This document shows positions 36,407 to 45,372 of a stretch of 64,000 bases of DNA, one piece after another. Under the pieces are notes generated by a model. It was not told the DNA's origin, did no database searches, and saw only the letters and a list, made by a program, of their open reading frames with translations. A program made the position numbers and the translations under genes. How positions within the stretch are numbered: position 1 is the first letter of the stretch; every line of letters starts with the position of its first letter. The DNA comes from Psychroserpens sp. GTDB taxonomy: Bacteria > Bacteroidota > Bacteroidia > Flavobacteriales > Flavobacteriaceae. Location of the stretch: assembly GCF_017643165.1 (NCBI RefSeq), contig NZ_JAEPNY010000003.1. The stretch is one strand, 5' to 3'.

Positions 36407-36638
36407 CAAGAATACCTACAATTAGCAGCACCTACTGCAACGTTATGTAACTACTCATTTTTCCTGGCATTCAGGAAATCCCTTAATTATAGTTTTTTAG
36501 CGTAGATTTTAGAGTATTATAATTTCATACCTATTCTTCAATAGCTTATTAATCCATAATACGTTTAGCGAAAGCGATGTATGATCCCTCAATGATTTTT
36601 AAATCAATGATGCGACACATCATTAAAAAGCTATTAAT

Positions 36639-39600
36639 ATGGAAGCTAGTAAGAATTTTAAAAAGCCTACAACGGTCAAGTTAGTAATACTTGTCCTTTT
36701 ATTCTTATTTAATACGATTTATGTATTAGCTCAGAATCAAGAAAATGATGGTAATACCAATGTTGGTGAAGTTTCATCAAATTTTGGTGTTTCAGGAACT
36801 ACAGTAATTAGTCATTCTACATTCGAAAGTGGACTTGATGGATGGACGTTAGGTGGTGGTCATGCGCTAAGACAATCGAATTCAACATGGTCTTATAAAG
36901 GGTCATATTCACTTATGATCAGAAATCAAGATGCAATTGGAAACGCATCATCAGTTTTATCTCCATTAATGGATTTATCTACTTATGATAAAGTAGATAT
37001 CAAATTCTTCTTTAAACCATTTAGTATGGAATCAACCTATAACAGTTCAGGAACGAAAACATATTCCGAAGATTTTATGGTTGAGTATAGTAGTGATGGA
37101 GGATCTAGTTGGACGACCGTAGCTACCTTTGAAAGTGGACAAGTATGGCGTAAATCTGCAGATTTTGAATCGACCAGTTCAGCTATTGCGTACGGTAAGG
37201 TTGTGACCATATTTAAAACCGATCATATATTCCCATCGGGTTTAAATGGTCAGTTTAGAATTCGATGTGCGGCAAATGCAACTGATGACAGAGTCTTCCT
37301 AGATGAAATAACTATTTCTGGAACAACATTCCATACATTTAGCAAAGCCCCAGGAGGGATTACTGCCGACCTAGATCTTTGGTTAAAAGCAGATCAATTG
37401 GATGGTACATCCTATGGAACAGATGGTGCATCAGTAAATCAATGGATTGATAACGGAAAAGGAAATAACGCGGAGGTTATGGTTACTGGACAAGAACCTG
37501 TATATCGCAACAATACGGACCGCAACTTTAATTTCAATCCGGTTATCGACTTTGACAATAACAATAGCACAGCAAATCGTGATATGACCTATATCATTAG
37601 TGATGGTAGTAGGAAAGAGCTCACTGGAACTGGTGGATTTAATTCAAATGAGATGTTTGTTGTAATTATGCCAGATCCAACGATTACTACTTCAATGATT
37701 CCTTTAGATACATTTACGAGTACTGATCCAGCTGGACCATCCTACACTGAAGATGTAACAGGATTTGGATATGGTGGTTATACCGCAAGATTCGAAAATG
37801 AACGATTGGCGTACTGTATTGCAACGACATCAGAGACGCCATCTAATCCAACCGAAAATGGTTATGGACGAGCAGATACGAGTACGGGAACGGATTATAA
37901 TAAAATTCATATTATAAATATTCGTCAGAACGCTTCAGATACTGATATGGAGTTGTTTTTTAATGCCAATCAAGTTGGTACAGAAACTAATGACATTCCA
38001 AAATATAAGATGATCAATAACGGCCGATTTTGGATTGGAAGAAGCCAGTATTGGAATGGAAGTTTTAACGGACGAATCGCTGAAATAGTAACCTACAATA
38101 CAAGAAAAAATGACGCTAGTCTAGTAACAGACCATAATAGAATTCAGTCGTATCTGGCTATAAAATATGGTATTACATTAGGTGTCAATGGTACATCACA
38201 AGATTATGCTGATAGTGATGGTAAAGTGATATGGGATCAATCTGCAAATGCTGGTTATAATTATGATATTACTGGTATTGGTAGAGATGATGTGTCAGAA
38301 TTAAACCAAAAACAATCGCGCAGTGTTAATGATGCAACCGATGGTGTAGGACGTACCGAAGGAATTCTTACAATGGGCTTGAATGACATTTATGATACTA
38401 ATAAAGAGCACCAAACGTCAGACCCAACAACATTTAATGATAAAGAGTTTTTAGTGTGGGGTAATAATGGTGCGGATTTAAATTTGGCATCATCGACGGT
38501 TTCTGTAAATATGAGTGCTGGAATTAGCCCTTCGTTAACTACAGATGTTACTTTTACAGCTATGCAACGTACTTGGAAGGTTGTAGAAACAGGTGGTGAT
38601 ATTCCAGCTGTAAAGGTAAGAATACCTCAAGATGCTATTCGAAATATTAATCCTCCTGGAAGTTATCTGATGTTTATTTCAGATACAGGAGTATTTGATC
38701 CAACCGCAGATTATAGAATTATGACTTCTGACGGAAATGGCAACCTAGAAACCTCTTATGATTTTGATGGAACAAAATATATAACATTTGGATATGCACC
38801 TCAAGTTATTGTTGAGCGTTCCGTGTATTTTGATGGATTGGTCGATTATATCGATATGGAAAATGTATTAAATCTTAATTCCTCTGAGTTTACTGTATCA
38901 GCTTGGATCAAAAGAGACGCATCCGACTCAGGAACAAAATCAATTTTATCAAAACGAGATGCTGCTTTTACTCAAGGTTATGATTTAAGAATATTAGATA
39001 ATAATAGAATACAATTTTACTGGAAGAATGGGGCTAACCAAGTCACGCGTTCGTATACGTATCTTTCTGATGATGTATGGCATCATGTAGCTGCCATTTA
39101 TGATGGTTCAAATCTTGCGCTTTACATAGATGGTGTATTAGATATTCAGGAGTCTAAGTCGCCTCCAGTAGATACTAATGAATCTTTTTATATCGCTGCA
39201 GCTGGAAAAAATTCGCCTACACAACACTTTAGAGGAAATGTTGATGAGGTTCGTATTTGGGATACCAATTTAACCGTTGATCAATTACGCTATATCATGA
39301 ATCAAGAGATTGAAGAGAATTCGAGCTTTGTTTCAGGTAAAGTGATTCCGAATGACATTACTAAAAATGAAGTTGACGAAATTCCATGGTCTGAATTAGC
39401 AGGATACTATCCGATGTCTGTATATACCTATACAAATACGGATGATGCTTCTGGAAACGGACATCAAGGAGCGTTAAGAAATTTAGATACTGTAGATAGA
39501 CAAACTGCACCTTTACCTTATGAGTCTAATACAAATGGTAATTGGACGTCTTCAGGTACTTGGTCAAACGGGAGTATACAAACAATTCCAGGTGCTCCAT

Positions 39601-41411
39601 CTATCGTAGATTCATCAATTCCTGTAGATTGGAATATTGTTAGAACATCGCACAATGTAACTATGTCAAATAGTACAATAACAACTAATAATAGAACATT
39701 ACTAGGTTTATTTGTTGATGCAAACACGCTTACAGTCGATGGAGACAATGCTGCCGATACTGGAAATGGATTAACAGTCTCACACTATTTAAAACTTGAC
39801 GGTAAGATTGATCTTCAAGGAGAATCACAAATGATTCAAACTGAAGACAGTGATTTAGATGTTAATAGTGCTGGAACTTTAGAAAAAGATCAACAAGGGA
39901 CTCGAGATATGTTCACTTATAATTATTGGTCATCACCTGTTGGAAATACAAGCACGACCATTAATAACACATCATATAGTGTGAGTTCAGTTTTAAAAGA
40001 TGGAACGAATCCTAGTAGTCCTCAAAATATTACATTCATTACTAATAGTTATGATGGAACATCAGGTTCACCAATTGGTATTGCTGATTATTGGATATGG
40101 AAATTTGTAAATCAAACTAGTGGTGATTATTCATCATGGCAACATGTTAGGAGCAATGGTACTTTAAATCCTGGTGAAGGATATACTATGAAAGGTGTTG
40201 CTGATACTGCTGGAAATGTAACTTTAGAGCAAAATTATACTGTAAATGGGAAACCTAATAATGGATCTATTTCATTACCAATTAATGCAGGTAATGATTA
40301 TCTAGTAGGTAATCCATATGCATCTGCTATTGATGCTCATGCATTTATCCAAGATAATGCACCAACAATTGATGCAGCAGGTAATACCACAGGGACACTA
40401 TACTTTTGGGAACATTGGGGTGGAGGATCTCATGTTTTAAATGAATATCAAGGTGGTTATGCAACTTACAATTTGGCTGGTGCTGTACCAGCAGCTGCCT
40501 ATGGTATTGCTGATGATGATGTAGATCAGAGTGTATTGGTAGGAACCAAATTACCAGGACGTTACATTCCTGTAGGTCAAGGTTTCTTTGTAGTTGGTGA
40601 GAATACTGGAACAATTCGATTCAATAACAGTCAACGTGTATTCCAAAAGGAAGGATCTAGCGCATCTGTATTTATGCGTAATGATGGATCACAATCATCG
40701 GCTGATACATCTGAAGAGGTATTTGACCCTAGAATGAAAATTAGATTGCAATTTAATTCTGTAAATACCTACTTAAGAAAAATTCTTGTAGTTGCAGATG
40801 ATAATGCCTCAATGGCCTATGATTGGGGTTATGATGCAGAGCTCTATGATAATCAAGTGGATGATATGTACTGGTTGATCGATGATACTAAGTATGTGAT
40901 TCAAGGGATCAATACAATCGAGTCGACAACTGAATTACCGTTAGGTATTAACACTAATACCGATGGTTTAAATACAATTTCAATTGATAAATTGGATAAT
41001 ATACCAGATGACATGAACATTTATGTCTATGACATGGTATTAGGAATCTATCATGATCTGAGAGCGTCAGCATATGAAGTTGATTTAACGGCAGGGACGT
41101 ATATGGATCGATTTAAGATTGTATTCATAGCAGGCGATACTTTAAGTATTGAAACGCCTGAAAATAATGAAAATGTGTTAAGTGTATTTTATAATACTAC
41201 AGATAAGAATATAACAATACAAAACCCTAATGGACTTGTAATAGAAGGTATAGAAATCTATACAATTTTAGGACAAACTATGGTGAGTATTGAGGAGAGT
41301 AATTCTCAAAATGAAATTAGGATTGATACAACTGCTTTCAGTACTGGAACTTACATCGTAAAAGTTCAATCGGAAACAGGAAGTATCTCTCAGAAGATTA
41401 TAGTTAATTAG
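36639..41411 (+). CDS. Very large T9SS-secreted surface protein (MAM-like and LamG-like domains, C-terminal sorting domain)
   Basis: Signal peptide. MAM-like N-terminal domain (FESGLDGWTLGG ... FLDEITISG). LamG/ConA-like domain (about 38820-39310: FTVSAWIKRD, WHHVAAIYDG, FRGNVDEVRIWD). T9SS sorting domain (IEIYTILGQTM ... GTYIVKVQSETG). Confidence 0.85.
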   Translation: MEASKNFKKPTTVKLVILVLLFLFNTIYVLAQNQENDGNTNVGEVSSNFGVSGTTVISHSTFESGLDGWTLGGGHALRQSNSTWSYKGSYSLMIRNQDAIGNASSVLSPLMDLSTYDKVDIKFFFKPFSMESTYNSSGTKTYSEDFMVEYSSDGGSSWTTVATFESGQVWRKSADFESTSSAIAYGKVVTIFKTDHIFPSGLNGQFRIRCAANATDDRVFLDEITISGTTFHTFSKAPGGITADLDLWLKADQLDGTSYGTDGASVNQWIDNGKGNNAEVMVTGQEPVYRNNTDRNFNFNPVIDFDNNNSTANRDMTYIISDGSRKELTGTGGFNSNEMFVVIMPDPTITTSMIPLDTFTSTDPAGPSYTEDVTGFGYGGYTARFENERLAYCIATTSETPSNPTENGYGRADTSTGTDYNKIHIINIRQNASDTDMELFFNANQVGTETNDIPKYKMINNGRFWIGRSQYWNGSFNGRIAEIVTYNTRKNDASLVTDHNRIQSYLAIKYGITLGVNGTSQDYADSDGKVIWDQSANAGYNYDITGIGRDDVSELNQKQSRSVNDATDGVGRTEGILTMGLNDIYDTNKEHQTSDPTTFNDKEFLVWGNNGADLNLASSTVSVNMSAGISPSLTTDVTFTAMQRTWKVVETGGDIPAVKVRIPQDAIRNINPPGSYLMFISDTGVFDPTADYRIMTSDGNGNLETSYDFDGTKYITFGYAPQVIVERSVYFDGLVDYIDMENVLNLNSSEFTVSAWIKRDASDSGTKSILSKRDAAFTQGYDLRILDNNRIQFYWKNGANQVTRSYTYLSDDVWHHVAAIYDGSNLALYIDGVLDIQESKSPPVDTNESFYIAAAGKNSPTQHFRGNVDEVRIWDTNLTVDQLRYIMNQEIEENSSFVSGKVIPNDITKNEVDEIPWSELAGYYPMSVYTYTNTDDASGNGHQGALRNLDTVDRQTAPLPYESNTNGNWTSSGTWSNGSIQTIPGAPSIVDSSIPVDWNIVRTSHNVTMSNSTITTNNRTLLGLFVDANTLTVDGDNAADTGNGLTVSHYLKLDGKIDLQGESQMIQTEDSDLDVNSAGTLEKDQQGTRDMFTYNYWSSPVGNTSTTINNTSYSVSSVLKDGTNPSSPQNITFITNSYDGTSGSPIGIADYWIWKFVNQTSGDYSSWQHVRSNGTLNPGEGYTMKGVADTAGNVTLEQNYTVNGKPNNGSISLPINAGNDYLVGNPYASAIDAHAFIQDNAPTIDAAGNTTGTLYFWEHWGGGSHVLNEYQGGYATYNLAGAVPAAAYGIADDDVDQSVLVGTKLPGRYIPVGQGFFVVGENTGTIRFNNSQRVFQKEGSSASVFMRNDGSQSSADTSEEVFDPRMKIRLQFNSVNTYLRKILVVADDNASMAYDWGYDAELYDNQVDDMYWLIDDTKYVIQGINTIESTTELPLGINTNTDGLNTISIDKLDNIPDDMNIYVYDMVLGIYHDLRASAYEVDLTAGTYMDRFKIVFIAGDTLSIETPENNENVLSVFYNTTDKNITIQNPNGLVIEGIEIYTILGQTMVSIEESNSQNEIRIDTTAFSTGTYIVKVQSETGSISQKIIVN

Positions 41412-41436
41412 TTAGTTTTTTAATTTATGTCGACTT

Positions 41437-41467
41437 AAAGGCTGCCCTCGGGTGGTCTTTTTGTTTT
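41437..41467 (+). terminator. Terminator after the 1590-aa T9SS gene
   Basis: The stem AAAGGCTGCC / GGTGGTCTTT needs G-U pairs, so it forms only in plus-strand RNA. A CUCG loop and then TTTTTGTTTT follow. Confidence 0.6.
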
Positions 41468-41680
41468 ATAATTAGAATTCTGTCTCGTATTTTATAATAA
41501 CTACCTTATAAACAATGTTTTAAGTTTGAATTTAACGATTAAAATGTATTTCAACGATAAAACAAGCGTATTGTATCATCTTAACGAGTATATCAAGCTA
41601 CTAATCGAGTAATTCGGGCTTGATATAGGGGCTAGTTTATCTTTGAAAAGTTATTGATAACGAGTGGTTTATCAAGAATA

Positions 41681-41701
41681 TTTGGCCCCAAGCCTATGAA
41701 A
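41681..41701 (+). promoter_or_regulatory. Conserved 21-nt leader block, copy B (TTTGGCCCCAAGCCTATGAAA)
   Basis: Identical to 36386-36406. It lies in the 494-nt intergenic region upstream of the 265-aa T9SS paralogue. Confidence 0.55.
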
Positions 41702-41905
41702 TAATGACCTATTTAATACTTCATTAGCTCCAACCTAATATTCGTTTATTAAGCTCTTCAATAACTAGTTAATCCACATGCTTTTCATAATTGTAAAGTA
41801 TGCTCCCTCATAAGTCAGAACATTTGTTGCTGACATTTTAGTAAAGAACATAAGTTATTAATTAAACCAATGAGGTGAGCAATCACTTTTTAAAATCCTA
41901 CTATT

Positions 41906-42703
41906 ATGAAAAAAACTACGCTATTTAACTTTAAATCAGTAATTGCAGCGCTTTGCATTTTACTTAGTACCGGAACTCCGTTCTCTGTTGCCCACGCTCA
42001 GCAGTCTGATGTTGAACCGGACCTTAGAATGAAAATACGTTTAGAGTATAATTCTCCGGACAGTTACAGTAGAGAAATATTAGTAATTGCAGATGAAACT
42101 GCAACGGATGGAGTAGATGAAGATTTTGATGTAGTGATGAATAATTTACAACCAGACGATATGTTTTGGTTAATCGGTTCGGAAAAATACTCAAATCAAG
42201 CCATTAGCGAGATAAATACAGAAACTGTAATTCCAGTTGGAATCACCGTAAATAGTTCTGGTATGAATTCTATAGCAATTGATAAACTTGAAAATATCCC
42301 GGAAAACTTTAAAATTTTCGTTCACGATATCACTTTAGGAGTTTATCATGAGATTAAAGAAGGTGCATATGAAGTTAATTTGACTTCTGGTGTGTACTTA
42401 GATCGTTTTGAAATTGTATTTACTCAGCCAGAAACCTTAGGCGTTAACTCGTTTGAGTTAGACAAAGAAGATATAATCGTATTTTTCGATCAAAATGCAG
42501 ATGAAATCAAAGTAATTAATAAGAACAATCTAGTAATTCAAGGTGTTGATGTGTATTCAATTTTAGGGCAGTCTGTCTATAGAAATCAAACTACTAACAC
42601 ATCTAATTTGAATATTAACGTGAATCAGTTAACGACAGGAGCCTACATAGTTTTAGTTCACACTAACACTGGTAAAGTTTCGAAGAAGATATTAATCAAT
42701 TAA
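41906..42703 (+). CDS. Small T9SS C-terminal-domain protein, paralogous to the last ~228 aa of the upstream 1590-aa protein
   Basis: A signal peptide followed directly by DLRMKIRLEYNS ... IDKLENIPENFKIFVHD ... YLDRFEIVF ... VDVYSILGQS ... GAYIVLVHTNTG. This is colinear with residues ~1363-1590 of the large protein. Confidence 0.8.
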   Translation: MKKTTLFNFKSVIAALCILLSTGTPFSVAHAQQSDVEPDLRMKIRLEYNSPDSYSREILVIADETATDGVDEDFDVVMNNLQPDDMFWLIGSEKYSNQAISEINTETVIPVGITVNSSGMNSIAIDKLENIPENFKIFVHDITLGVYHEIKEGAYEVNLTSGVYLDRFEIVFTQPETLGVNSFELDKEDIIVFFDQNADEIKVINKNNLVIQGVDVYSILGQSVYRNQTTNTSNLNINVNQLTTGAYIVLVHTNTGKVSKKILIN

Positions 42704-42728
42704 TCAATTTTTACTAATATTCATAATT

Positions 42729-42755
42729 AAGGCTGCTCATGAGCAGCCTTTTTTT
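42729..42755 (+). terminator. Terminator after the 265-aa T9SS gene
   Basis: Perfect palindrome AAGGCTGCTCATGAGCAGCCTT followed by TTTTT. Confidence 0.85.
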
Positions 42756-42775
42756 ATACTATTTGTTCAAAATAA

Positions 42776-44122
42776 TTATCTCATAATGCGATTCGGGAAA
42801 ACAACGACACTTTCGAAACCATCCTCACTTACTGAAGCTACGCCAAAATAGTAATTGTCAATAACAATACCTTCTAAAGTAAACTCGGTAACGTCACCAA
42901 CATAACGGCTGTGATCCCAAGTAGGAGAGGTTGTTGATCTCCAATAAATTTTATAACCTTTTGCGCCTTCAATGGCATTCCATTTTAATTTTGCCGAAGG
43001 CTCTACAATACCGCCTATCTCTACTGTGGTAGGTGCAGGAGGTGCAGAGGCTAAACTTGCCATGTTAATTGCATTCACAGCTGTAAGTTTCTTTGCATAA
43101 CCAAAATTCACGTGCTCAAACGTGTCCCCATAGTCTATACCATCTTCTGTTCTAATGTCTTGATGCTGCTGCGTATAGTTTTCATGAGCTTCCATGATTC
43201 TAATTCCTGCGTAGCCTAGTTCATTAAATGGGCGGTGGTGACCACCACGACCAAAACGATCCAAACGATAAATCATCATAGGATTCATTTCGGGCATATA
43301 TATTTTTACCGTATTATAAACATAACGTGCTAATTGACGCGAAATACCGTCAACTTCACCACCATAAAATCGTCGAGCTCGATTCTGACGCGCGATCACA
43401 ACAGGATCTGTTTCTGCAGTGGTAATAGGTTCGGAAAAAATACGGAATGTACGATTATCAATGACACCATCAACACCTTCAATATTTCCAATCATGTCGT
43501 TGTTTAAAACTCCAATAATGTCCCAATTATTTGCTTTTGCGTAACGCGCTAATCCAGCACCTCCAAATAGACCTTGTTCCTCCCCAGAGAGTCCTACATA
43601 AACAATACTACTTTCAAATTGATAATTTGATAAAACTCTAGCCGCTTCAATGGCACCTGCCATCCCTGAAGCATTATCATTTGCTCCTGGTGCATCGGTC
43701 GTAAAATCCATGGTGTCACTTGCTCTAGAATCAATATCACCACTCATAATAATGTAGCGATTAGGATATTTTGTGCCTTTCTGAATTGCAACCACATTCA
43801 CAACCCAAGCATCTTTAGGTACACGTCTGTTACCTTCTTTCGTCACGAAGTCTTTTTGATAAAACACATCTAAGCAGTTGTTGCAATCAGCCGAGATCGA
43901 TTCGAATTCTTTTTTTATCCAACGTCTTGCTGCACCAATACCACGTGTTTCACTAATAGTGTCGCTAAACGTGTTTCGTGTTCCAAAATCTGCAAGGGTT
44001 TTTACATCTTGTCTTAGTCGATCTTCTGAAACAGCATCAACAATATCAAAAATGATTTGATTGGTTTGGGCATAGGTTAGTAAGGTCACCAACAGACAAA
44101 TTGGTGTTATAATCTTTTTCAT
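42776..44122 (-). CDS. M28 family metallopeptidase with a C-terminal fibronectin-III-like domain
   Basis: Signal peptide. GANDNASGMAGAIEAARVL and GLSGEEQGLFG are M28 zinc-site motifs. The C-terminal KLKWNAIEGAKGYKIYWR is FN3-like. Confidence 0.85.
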   Translation of the reverse strand: MKKIITPICLLVTLLTYAQTNQIIFDIVDAVSEDRLRQDVKTLADFGTRNTFSDTISETRGIGAARRWIKKEFESISADCNNCLDVFYQKDFVTKEGNRRVPKDAWVVNVVAIQKGTKYPNRYIIMSGDIDSRASDTMDFTTDAPGANDNASGMAGAIEAARVLSNYQFESSIVYVGLSGEEQGLFGGAGLARYAKANNWDIIGVLNNDMIGNIEGVDGVIDNRTFRIFSEPITTAETDPVVIARQNRARRFYGGEVDGISRQLARYVYNTVKIYMPEMNPMMIYRLDRFGRGGHHRPFNELGYAGIRIMEAHENYTQQHQDIRTEDGIDYGDTFEHVNFGYAKKLTAVNAINMASLASAPPAPTTVEIGGIVEPSAKLKWNAIEGAKGYKIYWRSTTSPTWDHSRYVGDVTEFTLEGIVIDNYYFGVASVSEDGFESVVVFPNRIMR

Positions 44123-44136
44123 AGCGTTTTTTATTG

Positions 44137-44892
44137 TTAGTTTTCAAGTACTAAAGTTCCAAAAATATCTGCATCTATCCAACCTCTATTCTTATCTTCT
44201 CCTTCAACATGAAGCGATCCAATAAAATGCTCTCGATTTAAACTACCATCGTTATCACAATAGGCTAAGGCAAAACCAACGTATTTTCCAGCTGTTAGTT
44301 CCACAGGTGTGTTGTCTTTAGTATCGTCATATGTATCATCAAATAATAAAACTTTAACCTCCCATATCGTTGTATTTCCTTTTGTGTTTAGTGCTGATTG
44401 AATGTCGGAGTTAAATAGTTTACCAGCTTCTGCGGTTGACATGTCTACGACATTACCATCAAGTGCTACGTGATAAGCAAATGCATTATGATTGAATTGA
44501 TGATTTCCACCGCTATTGTCTTCATCAATAAAAATTTCCAAACAGTCATCATCCCACCACGCTGTCAATGGGTCTTGATGTTGATCAAATAAGGTATCAT
44601 CTTTAATTTCTGCTAATAGAAAAAGTGCCTCATTCGTCCAAGAGAGTTTATATCTCCCACTAAAGTCAGTTTCAATTAGAGAATCGCCTAACCATAGGTG
44701 ATCCAGCTGGTGCCATTCTGCGGATTGCCATATCGACTCATTAGCGACTCCATCTATATTGATCGCAGATTTCGCCTTTTTCACATGAATTAATTGCGTG
44801 CTTTTTTTGGAATTTGAAGGCTCAATACGCGTTTCTTTTTTACAACTTACGCACAGTAGAATACTAGCACAGATTAAAAGGATCTTTTTCAT
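44137..44892 (-). CDS. CBM9-like sugar-binding lipoprotein
   Basis: Lipobox (ILLCVSC). IDGVANESIWQSAEW and DDCLEIFIDEDNSGG resemble carbohydrate-binding family 9-like domains. Confidence 0.55.
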   Translation of the reverse strand: MKKILLICASILLCVSCKKETRIEPSNSKKSTQLIHVKKAKSAINIDGVANESIWQSAEWHQLDHLWLGDSLIETDFSGRYKLSWTNEALFLLAEIKDDTLFDQHQDPLTAWWDDDCLEIFIDEDNSGGNHQFNHNAFAYHVALDGNVVDMSTAEAGKLFNSDIQSALNTKGNTTIWEVKVLLFDDTYDDTKDNTPVELTAGKYVGFALAYCDNDGSLNREHFIGSLHVEGEDKNRGWIDADIFGTLVLEN

Positions 44893-45360
44893 TTAGTCTT
44901 TTTTATAATTGAATTTCATTGTATCTATTTTGCCATCTTCGCTTTTTAAATCGACATAAACATTCATTTCATTCTCGTTTACTTTTTCGAAAGTCATACC
45001 TTCAAATTCAACCCGATTAGGAGTAATTTTTATTAATGGAAAGTCAACTGTTTTGTTTTTGGTTTCCCATCCTTTCAATGTATTGTCGAAATGTTTGAGT
45101 TGCAGTACCAAAGAATTTTCAATTTCTCTAATAATTTCAATTTCATAAAAGGATACCTTATCATCGTTTATTAGTTTGAAAGTTGCCATCATAGAACCAC
45201 CTGAAGGTGTACTCCAGTTTTCTTCCACTTGTCCGCCGAAAGCTTCTCCTTTCCAATTTCCACTAATCCAAGAAATATTTTCAAGCTTAGGTTCAAGAGT
45301 TGTTTCCTGAGCGTTCAAGTGTAAGGATGTAACCAACAAAAAAAAGCAAAGATATTTCAT
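44893..45360 (-). CDS. Small secreted protein (DUF6265-like; assignment from memory)
   Basis: Signal peptide. ISWISGNWKGEAFGGQVEENWSTPSGGSMM pattern. It abuts the next gene with no gap. Confidence 0.45.
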   Translation of the reverse strand: MKYLCFFLLVTSLHLNAQETTLEPKLENISWISGNWKGEAFGGQVEENWSTPSGGSMMATFKLINDDKVSFYEIEIIREIENSLVLQLKHFDNTLKGWETKNKTVDFPLIKITPNRVEFEGMTFEKVNENEMNVYVDLKSEDGKIDTMKFNYKKD

Positions 45361-45372
45361 GAGTTCTACAAA

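Noticed and set aside
36401-36505. A possible upstream ORF starting at the ATG inside the conserved 21-mer (34 codons).
   Set aside because: In the second leader the same ATG is followed by AAA TAA (41696-41704). The peptide is therefore not conserved, and the conservation is at the nucleotide level.
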